Origin: an uncultured Acidobacteriota bacterium
Lineage (GTDB): Bacteria > Acidobacteriota > Terriglobia > UBA7540
Direction of reading: 5' to 3'
Length of the DNA: 64,000 nucleotides
Assembly: GCA_963804995.1 (NCBI GenBank)
Contig: CAWDSK010000003.1
Span: forward strand, 512,001-576,000
Shown: piece after piece, positions 31,745 to 42,248 of the stretch
Layout of the letters: each line of letters opens with the position of its first letter
How positions within the stretch are numbered: the stretch's first letter is position 1
The notes under the pieces: generated by a model
Database searches by the model: none
Told to the model about the DNA's origin: nothing
The model's input: the letters and a program-made list of their open reading frames with translations, nothing else
Made by a program: the position numbers and the translations under genes

Positions 31745-32932
31745 ATGCCCAAACTTTCAGTTCGTGACCTCGACCCCAAAGGTAAGCGCATCTTCATGCG
31801 CGTGGATTTCAACGTGCCCATGAATGATGCTGGTGAGATTACCGATGACACTCGCATTCAAGCTTCTCTGCCCACCATCAAGCTGATTTTGGAGCGCGGC
31901 GGCCGCCTGATTCTGGCTTCGCACCTGGGGCGGCCCAAAGGGAAGCCCAATCCGAAAATGAGCTTACAACCGGCCGCGATGCGGCTCGGTTTAATGCTCG
32001 GCAAACCCGTGGCGTTTGCGCCGGACTGCATCGGCCCCGCTGCTGAGGCTGCGGCTAAAGGTCTCCAGAATGGCGACGTCCTGCTGCTCGAAAACGTGCG
32101 CTTCCATCCGGAAGAGGAAAAGAACGATCCCGCCTTCTCCCAACAACTAGCGGCGCTGGCGGAAGTTTATGTAGACGATGCCTTCGGCTCCGCCCACCGC
32201 GCCCACGCCTCCACCGAGGGCATCACGCACTATCTTTCTCCCTGCGCGGCGGGGTTGCTGATGGAAAAGGAGCTCGAATACCTGGGCAAGGCTGTCGAAA
32301 ACGTGGCGCGCCCGTATGTGGCGATCGTGGGTGGCGCCAAAGTTTCCGACAAGATTGAATTGCTCCAAAACTTTCTGAAAATTGCCGATACCGTGCTGGT
32401 GGGCGGCGCCATGGCTTATACGTTCCTAAAGGCGCAGGGCGTCGAAACCGGGCTGTCGAAGACGGAAGACGACAAGCTCGAACTTGCGAAGACTCTTTTG
32501 CAGGACGCCGCGGCGCGCGGGAAGAAATTCCTGCTGCCTACCGATCACATCGTGGCTGAGAAGTTCGACGCTTCGGCTGCAGCAGAAACCGTTACGTCGC
32601 GCGCCATTCCAGCAAACCGCATCGGGCTCGATATCGGCCCCGCCACTCGTGCCGCCTACGCCGCAGAGATCGCCACGGCGAAGACAATTGTATGGAACGG
32701 TCCCATGGGCGTATTTGAAATGAAACAGTTCGCCGAAGGCACACTCGCCATTGCCAAAGCCGTGGCAGCGTCCTCCGCAGTGTCGATTGTGGGCGGTGGA
32801 GACTCCGTTTCAGCCGTCAAGAAGATGGGCGTTGCCGATAAGATCAGCCACATCTCGACCGGCGGCGGCGCTTCTCTCGAATTCCTGTCGGGGCTCACGC
32901 TGCCCGGAGTCGCAGCGCTGACGGAAAAGTAG
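31745..32932 (+). CDS. pgk: Phosphoglycerate kinase
   Basis: [30 protein letters not shown]. Confidence 0.98.
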   Translation: MPKLSVRDLDPKGKRIFMRVDFNVPMNDAGEITDDTRIQASLPTIKLILERGGRLILASHLGRPKGKPNPKMSLQPAAMRLGLMLGKPVAFAPDCIGPAAEAAAKGLQNGDVLLLENVRFHPEEEKNDPAFSQQLAALAEVYVDDAFGSAHRAHASTEGITHYLSPCAAGLLMEKELEYLGKAVENVARPYVAIVGGAKVSDKIELLQNFLKIADTVLVGGAMAYTFLKAQGVETGLSKTEDDKLELAKTLLQDAAARGKKFLLPTDHIVAEKFDASAAAETVTSRAIPANRIGLDIGPATRAAYAAEIATAKTIVWNGPMGVFEMKQFAEGTLAIAKAVAASSAVSIVGGGDSVSAVKKMGVADKISHISTGGGASLEFLSGLTLPGVAALTEK

Positions 32933-32940
32933 GCAGTAGG

Positions 32941-33576
32941 ACCCCGGAGGGGTCCAAGATCATTAGCCGTGGGTGAAACCCACGGAAATGGTCACCCCAA
33001 AAATTACCCAACCCCGAAGGGGTTGAATGATGTCGTCTTACACACAGATCCTTTATCACATCGTTTTCGCGACCAAGGATCGTCATCCTGCACTTTCGGA
33101 CTCACGGCGCGATGATCTTTTCAAATACATGCATGGTGTGATTAAGAACAAACACTGCCGGCCCGTTTGGATCAACGGCGTGAAAGACCATGTCCACATT
33201 CTGCTGAGCCTCCACCCGACGGTCGCGCTGGCGGAACTGCTGAAGGACGTCAAGGTTGCGTCATCGGTTTGGATCAAAGGAAATAATGTATTCCCCAACT
33301 TTGTAGGCTGGCAGGAGGGATATGGGGCTTTCACATTTTCCCTCCGTGAGGAACCGGCACTGATCGAGTACCTCAAGGCGCAGGAGGAACACCACCGGAA
33401 GACATCGTTTCTGGATGAGTACCGGAAGTTGTTGCTTGATGCCGGAATCAAGCTCGATGAAAGGTTTTTGCCTTGAGTGGGTTCGACCCCTTCGGGGTCG
33501 ATTGGGATTTTTGTTGCGTGGTCAGGGTCCGTAGGTTGCACCTACGGCTAATGCTATTGTCCCCCTTCGGGGAACA
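32941..33576 (+). mobile_element. IS200-like/REPtron-like unit: Y1 transposase between inverted triple-hairpin flanks
   Basis: Left: ACCCCGGAGGGGT, TAGCCGTGGGTGAAACCCACGG, ACCCCGAAGGGGT. The right flank is an imperfect inverted copy. Confidence 0.75.
33027..33476 (+). CDS. tnpA: IS200/IS605-family Y1 (HUH) transposase
   Basis: YHIVFATK, DHVHIL, WQEGYGAF, EYLKAQEEHH. Confidence 0.92.
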   Translation: MMSSYTQILYHIVFATKDRHPALSDSRRDDLFKYMHGVIKNKHCRPVWINGVKDHVHILLSLHPTVALAELLKDVKVASSVWIKGNNVFPNFVGWQEGYGAFTFSLREEPALIEYLKAQEEHHRKTSFLDEYRKLLLDAGIKLDERFLP

Positions 33577-33620
33577 TGCGGAGACCACGGACAACCGAAA
33601 CTTAATTCAAAGGACTCAAC

Positions 33621-34379
33621 ATGCGAATACCCGTAATTGCTGGAAACTGGAAGATGTACAAGACCATCGCGGAAACGGTGGATTTTTTCGAGAAGATCAA
33701 ACCCGTGGCGGAGAAGGCCGAGCACTGCGAGGTAGTAGTGTCACCGCCTTTCACGGCACTGGCGGCGGCTGCGCAAGCGGCCAAAGGCAGCAAGGTGAAG
33801 GTAGCCGCTCAGGACATGCATTGGGATAAGGATGGCGCGCACACCGGTGACATTTCCACAATCATGCTGCTGGATGCCGGTTGCACGCACGTCATCATTG
33901 GCCACTCGGAGCGCCGGCACGATCATGGCGAAACCGACGAGCAGGTAAATCGCAAGGTCAAGACGGCGCTGGCTGCGGGACTCACGCCCATCGTCTGCGT
34001 TGGGGAAACGCTTGCCGAGCGCGAGTCCGGCCGCACCGGCGAAGTTCTTAAGACCCAGTTTGAAGGTGGACTTGCCGGATTGACCCCCTCGGACTTTTCC
34101 CGTATCATAATTGCATACGAGCCGGTTTGGGCGATTGGCACGGGACGTACCGCGACGCCGGCGATGGCCGCGGAAAGTCACGGAGTATTACGCGACCTGG
34201 CCCGGCAAAAGTTCGGAGAAAAAGAAGCCAGCGCCGTGCGCATTCTCTACGGCGGCAGCGTCAAGCCCGACAATGTCGGTGGCCTGATGGCCCAGGAAGA
34301 CATTGACGGCGCGCTGGTAGGCGGGGCGAGCCTGAAGGTAGACTCGTTCACCGCCCTGGTGAATTTCCCCCGCGAGTAA
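33621..34379 (+). CDS. tpiA: Triosephosphate isomerase
   Basis: AGNWKM, GHSERR, AYEPVWAIGTG, YGGSVK, LVGGASL. Confidence 0.98.
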   Translation: MRIPVIAGNWKMYKTIAETVDFFEKIKPVAEKAEHCEVVVSPPFTALAAAAQAAKGSKVKVAAQDMHWDKDGAHTGDISTIMLLDAGCTHVIIGHSERRHDHGETDEQVNRKVKTALAAGLTPIVCVGETLAERESGRTGEVLKTQFEGGLAGLTPSDFSRIIIAYEPVWAIGTGRTATPAMAAESHGVLRDLARQKFGEKEASAVRILYGGSVKPDNVGGLMAQEDIDGALVGGASLKVDSFTALVNFPRE

Positions 34380-34404
34380 GTGCCGCGGGCTGGTAAGGAG
34401 CGGA

Positions 34405-34704
34405 ATGATTACTGTCGTTGAGGTTCTTCATATACTTATTTGCATCTTGCTGGTGGGAGCGGTGCTCCTGCAGGGCGGCGAGAATGCGGATATCACTGCG
34501 GCCTTCGGGGGAACGAGTCAGGCGGCCTTTGGCCCGCGCGGCTCGGTCACCCTGCTGGCCAAGATTACCTGGGTGCTGGCAGCGATCTTCATTTTCACTT
34601 CGGTTACACTGGCCGTGCACGCCTCGAAGGGTGGCGTCGGCTCGATCATGGAGCATGCGCCTGTCAAGACCGCGCCGGCTGTACCCGCACCCGTGAAGAA
34701 ATAG
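34405..34704 (+). CDS. secG: Preprotein translocase subunit SecG
   Basis: Two TMs, VLLQGG..AAFGG..FG.RG..L.KIT; follows tpiA. Confidence 0.92.
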   Translation: MITVVEVLHILICILLVGAVLLQGGENADITAAFGGTSQAAFGPRGSVTLLAKITWVLAAIFIFTSVTLAVHASKGGVGSIMEHAPVKTAPAVPAPVKK

Positions 34705-34839
34705 CTAAAGCAGCTCTCAGCTATCAGCCGTCAGCTATCAACGTTCAGCAAAGGCCCGAGTTTTCCAATTGCTCGCCGGTCTGACGGATAGTTCCTACCA
34801 CAGCAAAGAACATCAGCACTTCAATTGTTTTCTGTGACC

Positions 34840-34975
34840 GGAGCTGTAGGTTCGCCTTGGCGAGCGGAAGCCTGGCTTCACGGCGGTCGCGGTGTTGACG
34901 CTCGCGCTCGTTATCGGCTCCGTCACCATGATCTTTAGCGCCATGAAGTGCGTCATGCTCAACCCCTCGCCTTAA
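34840..34975 (+). pseudogene. Remnant of an ADOP/MacB-type ABC permease N-terminus
   Basis: Manual translation [36 protein letters not shown] resembles the ADOP motif [23 protein letters not shown]. Confidence 0.7.
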
Positions 34976-35030
34976 AAGGACAGCCCTCGGCTCGCGGCAT
35001 TCGCGATCAGAGATCCAAGAAAGTCTGGTG

Positions 35031-37008
35031 TTATCGGACTTGATTCCTTATCGCTCCGCTTGGGGCAACGCCAAGACGATTGCCTCTCGACAACCGCCCG
35101 GCCGTCGACAGATTCATGGGAGAAGCAATAGGGCTATAAGTGGCGGGGTTGTGGTCTTTGCCGTGGCAGGTGAGGTAGCAGGTGCCGCTGCGGGAGCCGA
35201 GGCGCTGATATTGCAGGATGCCGCCGCTGCTGGGCCCCACAATGGTGCGGTCAAAATCAATGAGCATGGGCCCCTGTGAGGCATGCGGAGCGTGGCAGGT
35301 GGAGCAGGCCGCATTTGCGCCACGGACGTGAATGGAATGGTAGGTGAAGCTCTGGTCCCGCAGGACGCTTCCCTCCACGTCATGACACTTGTCGCACAGA
35401 GCGTAATTGGTCACCGCGTAGGAGACGCCCGTCGACGAACCTCCGGGCGCCGCCGGCGGCGGTTCTAAGGAGCTTTCCCGTTCGAGCAGATGCGGCAGGT
35501 TCGAGCCGTGCGGTCCTGCAGGGCCGCTGGATGTTCCCAAGTTGCGCCCTGTGTCGTTGTTGTGGCAATCGCTACAGTAGATGTAAGTGACGGCCGAAAG
35601 TTGGCGGCTGGTCATGGTAGCTCCGCCCGGCGTGATGGGCTGCGGTCGCAGACTGGGGACGTCACCCCCCAACCCCGTGGCCAAATTCCGGGGGCGTGTC
35701 ACAGGATGAAAGGAGGGGCTGAACTGGAACTGCATGCGCGTGTTGAAGCGGTTGGGACTGCTCGCCTCGAACATGCGCTGGGGATTGCGCCCGTAACCCA
35801 CGCCCACCACACTGAAATCGGTGGATTGAGGCTTATTCCCGCTATCGGCATGACACTTAAAGCAGATCTCGTATTCGTTGTTGCTTTGGAGTATGTGTGC
35901 ATTGCCAGTGGATTGGCCTTTGACACCTAGCAACGACCCCTTCACCAGCGGCGGCTGCGCCGATACGCTGTTGGCGAAGTGGGGGTTATGGCAGTCGACG
36001 CACGCGGCGTGGCGGGGCGTGCCACTCCCCGTTTCGGGAAGCGGGTGCTGCGTGGAAGTCGGACTCTCCGCAGCATCGTGGACCGTGGGCGTGATTTGCA
36101 CCGGGTGCCGGTAAGTTTTGGCGGTGAATTCGCCTTCGACGTTCAGAGTGGTTACGCTCCCATTGTGGCACTGGTAGCACGTGGACGATTCCACAAACTT
36201 GACTAACCTCTGGGCGGTGGCGGGAGCGTGCGGCCGATGGCAGCTTTCGCAGCCATTCTTATTAACCCCGACGTACCCCGTGTGCGCGCCTTGCGCCGCG
36301 GTATATTTCACATCCTCGCGCGGGTCGGGCGGCATTCGGTGTACGGAGTCTTCCCAGCCCGCCTGGACGTGGCAGGTTAAGCAGAGCGCGGATTCGGAGT
36401 TCGGGGTCACAAGGAATTTCCAGAACCGTCGGATCCAGATTTTCCTGGTGAGGATCGTGGCAACTGGTGCACTGTACCTTTCCTGCGCCATCCAGGCGGA
36501 CCGGGCCGGTGGCGGTAAGGGGTTTGATCCCACTTGTGTGCGCAGGAGCAAAACCAAACGGATGGTCGTCTGTGAATCCCTTGTTCGCTGCCAGGTTGGA
36601 AGCAGAACTCGCCGGAAGGGCATACGCCGAGCCTTGTACAAATCGAAGCTGTCCATCATTGACGGTGTCGCCCAGGGCAATCGTCCCATCGTGGCAACTC
36701 AGGCACAGCTTGGAGACATCCTGCGGCTGAATAGGCGCGACGCTGGACGCTTGCGTCGTACTGGAGTAAGCCGGGAACTGCGCCGTTGACACTTTCTGGT
36801 TCCACAAATAGCTCCCGGGGTTCGAGTTGTGCGAGGTGTGACAAAAGGCGCAGGGGTCGCGGCCGGAAACCGAGCGTACGGTGGCTGGCGAAGAAGCCCG
36901 AAAATCGTGCTTGGAATTCAGCACAGCAGATATCTTATCGCCTCCCAACGCCGGCAGTACCATGGCCGCCCAGAGCGCCAGCAACGAGATGTAATTCACC
37001 CTACGCAA
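35031..37008 (-). CDS. ~658-aa multiheme cytochrome c (11 CxxCH + 1 CxxxCH) with OmcE-like N-terminal module; +1 frameshift near 36420
   Basis: Joining ORFs 36262..37008 and 35031..36689 by removing one base gives DPTVLKFLVTPNSESALCLTCH; signal peptide present. Confidence 0.85.
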
Positions 37009-38154
37009 CTACTGTCCTCCGCTGGGAGCTGTACCATCCGGCCGCAAACGAAACATCTGCACGCGGCGGTTGAACCCATCCGCCACGTAAATCCGGTTTT
37101 CGCTGTCCAAGGCGATGGCGGTGGGGAGGAAGAACTCTCCGGCCCCGGCTCCAGTTGAACCGAAGACAAATAATAAATGACCTTCCGCGTCGTAGACCTG
37201 CACGCGGTCGTTGCGGCCCTCAACTACGTAGACCCGTCCATGCTCGTCCACAGCGATACCCTTGGCCTTGTCGAAATCGCCCGGGCCGCTGCCCGCATTG
37301 CCAAATGCGGATAGAAACTTCCCCTCGGGGTCAAAGTGCTGGACACGGAAATTCAACGAATCGGTGACCCAGAGGGAGCCATCGGGGGCCACGGCGATGT
37401 AGGTCGGATAATTGAACTCGCCGGGTCCATCCCCACGTTCGCCAAAGCGGCCCACCACCTTGCCCTCGAGCGTCATCATCACCACTCGCATGGCAACGGT
37501 GTCCACGACGTAAAGGCGGTCGCGCTCGCTGTCGACGGCGATTCCCGTCGAGCGCTTGAAGATGCTCTCCTGGCGGTCCAACGCGCCCAGCGCCCGCAGG
37601 TACTTGCCTTGGGGATTAAAAAGGAAGATGCGCGCCCGCACGGCGTCGGAAACATAAATCCGCCCCTGCGCATCGCAGGCCACCGCTATGGGCGCGAGGA
37701 AAGGATCGGAATCGGGCGGGTGGAATTCTTGATACCGCCGGCGCGCCGGGTCAAATACGTGCAGGACTCGCTCCTTGGTATCGGCTACCAGAATCCTTCC
37801 TTGCGGGTCCACCGCGACGCCGTTGGGCGCCAGCATGGCTTTCTGCTGCTCCTCCAGCCCGATGATCGCCTTCAATACCCGCTTGCCCCAGGAGGGCTTG
37901 CCTTTAACATCGGCGGCGCTGCGCAGCTCGCCCACCCAGTCCACCGCGCCCAAGGCGATGGGATTGATGGGCGATTTCGGACTATCGGCGACCATCAGCC
38001 GCCCCAGCCCAACCGCCAGAAAGCAACAAACTGCCACCACTCGCGGGAGCTTATTGCTGTAACGGCGGTCTCTGACCGCCGCCTTTTGGTTCAACAGATT
38101 CCGGCGGTCAGAGACCGCCGCTACAGCAAGGCGAATTGGGTTAAGGCGCGACAA
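37009..38154 (-). CDS. NHL-repeat 6-bladed beta-propeller protein
   Basis: G..PGEFNYPT.IAV..DG.L.V.DS.N.RVQ.FD repeats; start uncertain. Confidence 0.88.
   Translation of the reverse strand: MSRLNPIRLAVAAVSDRRNLLNQKAAVRDRRYSNKLPRVVAVCCFLAVGLGRLMVADSPKSPINPIALGAVDWVGELRSAADVKGKPSWGKRVLKAIIGLEEQQKAMLAPNGVAVDPQGRILVADTKERVLHVFDPARRRYQEFHPPDSDPFLAPIAVACDAQGRIYVSDAVRARIFLFNPQGKYLRALGALDRQESIFKRSTGIAVDSERDRLYVVDTVAMRVVMMTLEGKVVGRFGERGDGPGEFNYPTYIAVAPDGSLWVTDSLNFRVQHFDPEGKFLSAFGNAGSGPGDFDKAKGIAVDEHGRVYVVEGRNDRVQVYDAEGHLLFVFGSTGAGAGEFFLPTAIALDSENRIYVADGFNRRVQMFRLRPDGTAPSGGQ
38054..38129. repeat. REP-like long hairpin
   Basis: GCTGTAACGGCGGTCTCTGACCGCCG ... CGGCGGTCAGAGACCGCCGCTACAGC. Confidence 0.8.
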
Positions 38155-38163
38155 CGTTGACCC

Positions 38164-40038
38164 TCACAATATCTTGAAGTCTCTCGTTATACGAAAGAAG
38201 TAGCGGTTCAGGAGGTTGCCTGTCTGGACGGGAACGGTTATGTTCTCGATCTCGTAGGATCCGAAGCCAACCTGTATTCTGATTTTGCCCACACGGTAGC
38301 GAGCGCTGATATCCGCTGTGCGGAATTTCGCTTGCGAGCTGCTGAGCAGGTCCCTTTCCGACATGTAATCGGCCGCCACATCCAATTGCGCACGCACCCG
38401 GAGCGCGGCCGTCGCCGTGTCGACGCGCGAGATCCGGTTGAGCAAGGGGGTGGCCACCAACTCGCTCAAGGGCAGCGGAACGCTCAGAAACTGCTCGGCG
38501 TTAATGATGGCGGGAAATAGCGCGCCCGCGCCCACTAAGTCCTGGTGACCCGCGCTCAGCGACAACCGTTGGTGCTGGACCTGCGCCGCATAGTTCGTCG
38601 TATCCGATTTGATGTCGCCGCTTACGCCCAGGTACTCCAAGCGAGCCCGTTCGGCGGTTCCCCGCACATACCAGCCAAAGAGGCGGGATGATTCCGCCTG
38701 CAGGCGCAGGCTGCGGGTGGAGGAAAATCCGCCGAGTTCATCGACGAGGTTGTACCTGGAATCCATCCCGGTAGCAAGCAGACGAAGGCGACCGGGGTCG
38801 CCCCAGCCAACTCTCCCCTGCAGGTCATTGGAGAACGTTGTCGGGTGGTGCCCCAGGGTCGTCCCCAGCAATTGGTAGTGGCCGGTGTATGTCCCCCCCA
38901 ATTCCAGCCCCCGCCAGGTTCTCCCAAAAGAGACGCCACTCAGAGAATCGAACTCGGAGGTCTCCGCCTCCGCCACCCCTTCGACCGCCGTTACACGATA
39001 TTCCTGAACTTGTTGAAACAGGTTCACGCTGGGGATGACCTGATAATTCACTCCCGCCCCAAGGCTATTCGAAGTGAACGCGGGAACCTGAATCAGGCTG
39101 AGGTTGCTGCCAGTGCCCTCTGTTCCGGTCAGGGAATTGGCACCACTCTGGGAGATGTTGGTGAAAGTGTAATAGTAGTTCGAGGAAAGTTTGGGCGTGT
39201 GCTTGATCTGGAGTTGGGAAGTGACATAAGCGTCCGTGAACTGCCCGGCGGGCTGGCCCAAAAAACTTTCCTGCTGCCATTCCAGGCGATCCGCAATGTT
39301 TAACCGGGCCTTGTCGTCCCAAAACTTGCGTGAAACAAAAAGGTCCTGCAATTTCAGATTTTCCCGGAACGGACTGGAAAGAGCGAAAGCCCCAACCGCG
39401 TTGGTCGTGGTGGAGAAGTCGTTGAAGCCGCCGTTCCATTTCCAACTCTTCCACTCGTCGGAAGCATCGATACTGAGCTCGTTCAGGCGGTAGCTCGAAT
39501 TGGTGAGCGAGGTGGGCAGTTGCACTTCGTTGGCTTGGTTAAGGTAGCGGACGGTCAGGTGAGGCAGGCGGCGGGTGCGAAGTTCCCACGTGAATCCGAA
39601 TGAGGAGGTGTCTGAATTCTCACCAAAACCCGTGCCATTGGCCCCGTACTCACTCTTCCGGTAGAAAATCTGGAGCGGAAACGAGCGTTCGGGCAGGAAA
39701 GATGCGCTGAAACCGACATCATAGACGTTGTCTCGAAACCCGCCCAGAGCTACCGCGTTTGAGGCGTGCTCGCCGCTGTAGTTAATGGTGAAGGGAATGA
39801 ATTTGGGATTCTTCAGGTACCCGCCCGCGAGAAGGTTCCAATCAAAGCCGGCGGTCGAATAATCGGAAGTATTGTTGGGACTGGAAGGCGTGAATAACGA
39901 CGTGTCGGTGGTTTTGCTGAGGTCGGCGCCCAGGGCGCCTTGCAATCGCCAATGTTCAGGGGTCGGGTCCTGTGCGAAACTCGGCAGCGCGGCCGCTAAG
40001 GCAATCGTCACGAGTTGAATTGCCAGTCTTGCTCTCAT
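38164..40038 (-). CDS. Predicted outer-membrane beta-barrel protein
   Basis: 624 aa, signal peptide, no Cys, S/T/N/Y/F/G-rich alternating strands, ends RYFFRITRDFKIL. Confidence 0.7.
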   Translation of the reverse strand: MRARLAIQLVTIALAAALPSFAQDPTPEHWRLQGALGADLSKTTDTSLFTPSSPNNTSDYSTAGFDWNLLAGGYLKNPKFIPFTINYSGEHASNAVALGGFRDNVYDVGFSASFLPERSFPLQIFYRKSEYGANGTGFGENSDTSSFGFTWELRTRRLPHLTVRYLNQANEVQLPTSLTNSSYRLNELSIDASDEWKSWKWNGGFNDFSTTTNAVGAFALSSPFRENLKLQDLFVSRKFWDDKARLNIADRLEWQQESFLGQPAGQFTDAYVTSQLQIKHTPKLSSNYYYTFTNISQSGANSLTGTEGTGSNLSLIQVPAFTSNSLGAGVNYQVIPSVNLFQQVQEYRVTAVEGVAEAETSEFDSLSGVSFGRTWRGLELGGTYTGHYQLLGTTLGHHPTTFSNDLQGRVGWGDPGRLRLLATGMDSRYNLVDELGGFSSTRSLRLQAESSRLFGWYVRGTAERARLEYLGVSGDIKSDTTNYAAQVQHQRLSLSAGHQDLVGAGALFPAIINAEQFLSVPLPLSELVATPLLNRISRVDTATAALRVRAQLDVAADYMSERDLLSSSQAKFRTADISARYRVGKIRIQVGFGSYEIENITVPVQTGNLLNRYFFRITRDFKIL

Positions 40039-40155
40039 TGTCTCTCCGCTTGTTCACGGGCACGTTGCCTTCCAAAGATGCAGATGCAAACGAAACCAGA
40101 GTCCTGAGTTAGGAGTTCGCGATCAAAGTCGCCCTTTCAATTTATTCCAGGGCGA

Positions 40156-40400
40156 CCCCCTCACCCGACTGCGGGCCGAAGCTGAACTTGTTTACTGCTC
40201 CCAGGTACCCCTTCGGAGGGAGTAGGCCCGGCCCGCCCCGGCTGATGAAAACGCCGGTTGCGATCCACCCTCTCCCCCAAGGGGGCGAGGGCAAAGAAAA
40301 ATAAATCAACTCTCCCCTCGCCCCCCTTGGAGGAGAGGGCAAAAAAATCAAACCAACTCTCCCCTCGCCCCCTTGGGGGAGAGGGGCCGGGGGTGAGGGG
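40156..40400. repeat. Cluster of REP-like hairpins (CCCTCTCCCCCAAGGGGGCGAGGG type)
   Basis: Three such hairpins bounded by CCCCTCACCC / GGGTGAGGGG. Confidence 0.75.
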
Positions 40401-40553
40401 GTTCGCGAACAATCAACAAACTTCTGACCCCGGACACCAGGGTGATGCGGACCAGCCGACAGCGGAGGCCGGAGGTAGGTTGCCCAGACCTCCACCGCCG
40501 GGAAAATAAGAATGAACTTCCGACTCAGGACACTACCGCCCCCTCGATGGGTA

Positions 40554-41327
40554 TTACTTGTGGCAGTAGGTGCACCAGTTGGTCGTCGCAACGAGCAAAG
40601 CTCGTCCGTAAGGGAAAGTAGTGCTCGCCCCTGCCGACGCCCCATTGTGAGGGTCATGGCAAGTCGCGCACTCCATCATGTAATTGTTGCCGTAAAGGGG
40701 TACATATCCGTTCGCGTCAACCCCATTAGCGCCGGCTGGAGCTGTCATCGAGGCTGCTGCCGCCAGGGCGGCGGTATATTGGAAGTGGACAGGGTGCGAC
40801 TTGGTCAGGTCCGAGATCGTCATGGTACTCGGCATGAAGGTTGCGCCGCTGACACCTAAACCAGTGCTCGTAAAAGTTGAGCCAGTGGCTGGAAGCCCCA
40901 ATGTCGACTCATAGAAGCTGGCAACCGCGACCGTACCATCGTGGCAGCTTAGACACAGGTTGCTGACCGTCAGCGTAGTAATGGTGTTGTCAGTCCCGAG
41001 CTCGGTGGGGCCGGCAGCCGCACCCAGGTGAGCGGTGAAGGTGTCGCTGCTGTAAACGCCGTAGGTCACTGAGGGGGAAGAAATAGTGTGGTTCCAGAGC
41101 AAATAACCCGGCGCCGAAGCAGAGTTATTTGCTGTTTTGTGCGTGATGTGGCAAAAGAAGCAAAGATTGGTTGAGGGAGCACTGGTTGCCGAGCCGAAGG
41201 TATAGCCGGACGTCAAATCGTGCGGTGTACCGACGATGCTTGCTTTGGTAGCCTGCTGGGCCGAGGCGGTTACGGTCAGAGCCGTCACCATCATCATCGC
41301 CAGTAGGAGTCTTTTTAGATTTGTCAT
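40554..41327 (-). CDS. OmcE-like tetraheme cytochrome c, paralog 2
   Basis: Signal peptide; HDL, CFFCHITH, LWN, CLSCHDG, HPV, ECATCHDPH, terminal CTYCHK. Confidence 0.85.
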   Translation of the reverse strand: MTNLKRLLLAMMMVTALTVTASAQQATKASIVGTPHDLTSGYTFGSATSAPSTNLCFFCHITHKTANNSASAPGYLLWNHTISSPSVTYGVYSSDTFTAHLGAAAGPTELGTDNTITTLTVSNLCLSCHDGTVAVASFYESTLGLPATGSTFTSTGLGVSGATFMPSTMTISDLTKSHPVHFQYTAALAAAASMTAPAGANGVDANGYVPLYGNNYMMECATCHDPHNGASAGASTTFPYGRALLVATTNWCTYCHK

Positions 41328-41459
41328 AATGACCTCTCGATAGAATTTTATTACTGAGGCCGCAGAATGTTTCTCCGCGGTTGAGAAAAAACTTGCTTAC
41401 CACCTGCCTTCAAAAATCATGAGGACGCGCCAAATACCCTGGCGCCCCCTCGCTGGGGA

Positions 41460-42248
41460 TTAAGTGTGGCAGTAAGTGCACATACCGCCGCTAGCCGCAT
41501 AAGTGAAAAAGAACTGCCGGGCAAAGGGCATAGTACTGCCGTTCCCTACTGACGCCCCATTGTGCGGGTCATGGCAAGTCGTGCATTCCAACATGTAATT
41601 GCCGCCGTAAAGGGGTACTGCTCCGGCCCCGTCAACCGAATTAGCGTTGGCCGGAGTTTTCATCGCGGCCGCATTCGCCAGGTTAGTGGTATATTGGAAG
41701 TGGACAGGGTGCTGCTTGGTCAGGTCCTTAATCTCAAGTCCGTTATACGGAAACATCTTGGTGGTATAACCCAACGCCACCCCTGGAAGCCCGCCTACGT
41801 TCTCATAAAAGCTATTCATTGCGACCGTACCATCGTGGCAGCTCAGACACAGGTTGCTGGTCGTCGCCGAAGTGACGGAGTTGCTAGCCCCGAGGTCAGT
41901 GGGTGGGGCGGCGGTGGCCGCAGCCAGCACAGCGGTGAACGAGTCGCTGCTATAAACGCCGTAGGTTGGTGTGGAGGAGAGAGTTTTGTTCCAGAGTAAA
42001 TAACCCGGCGCCGAGGAAGCGACATCCGCGGTCTTGTGTGCGATGTGGCAAAAATAGCAAAGATTGGTCGTGACCGGCGCAGTTACACCGCCTTTGGTAT
42101 AGGTAGCTATAGTTCCAGTGTGTGCGGTCCAGGTCAAATCGTGCGCTGAATGGACGATGCCTGCTTTTGTAGCCTGCTGGGCCCAGGCCGTTGCGGTCAG
42201 AGCCCCCAGCACAAGCATCGCCAGGAGAAGTCTTTTAAGAATTACCAT
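41460..42248 (-). CDS. OmcE-like tetraheme cytochrome c, paralog 1
   Basis: Signal peptide; HDL, CYFCHIAH, LWN, CLSCHDG, HPV, ECTTCHDPH, terminal CTYCHT. Confidence 0.85.
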   Translation of the reverse strand: MVILKRLLLAMLVLGALTATAWAQQATKAGIVHSAHDLTWTAHTGTIATYTKGGVTAPVTTNLCYFCHIAHKTADVASSAPGYLLWNKTLSSTPTYGVYSSDSFTAVLAAATAAPPTDLGASNSVTSATTSNLCLSCHDGTVAMNSFYENVGGLPGVALGYTTKMFPYNGLEIKDLTKQHPVHFQYTTNLANAAAMKTPANANSVDGAGAVPLYGGNYMLECTTCHDPHNGASVGNGSTMPFARQFFFTYAASGGMCTYCHT

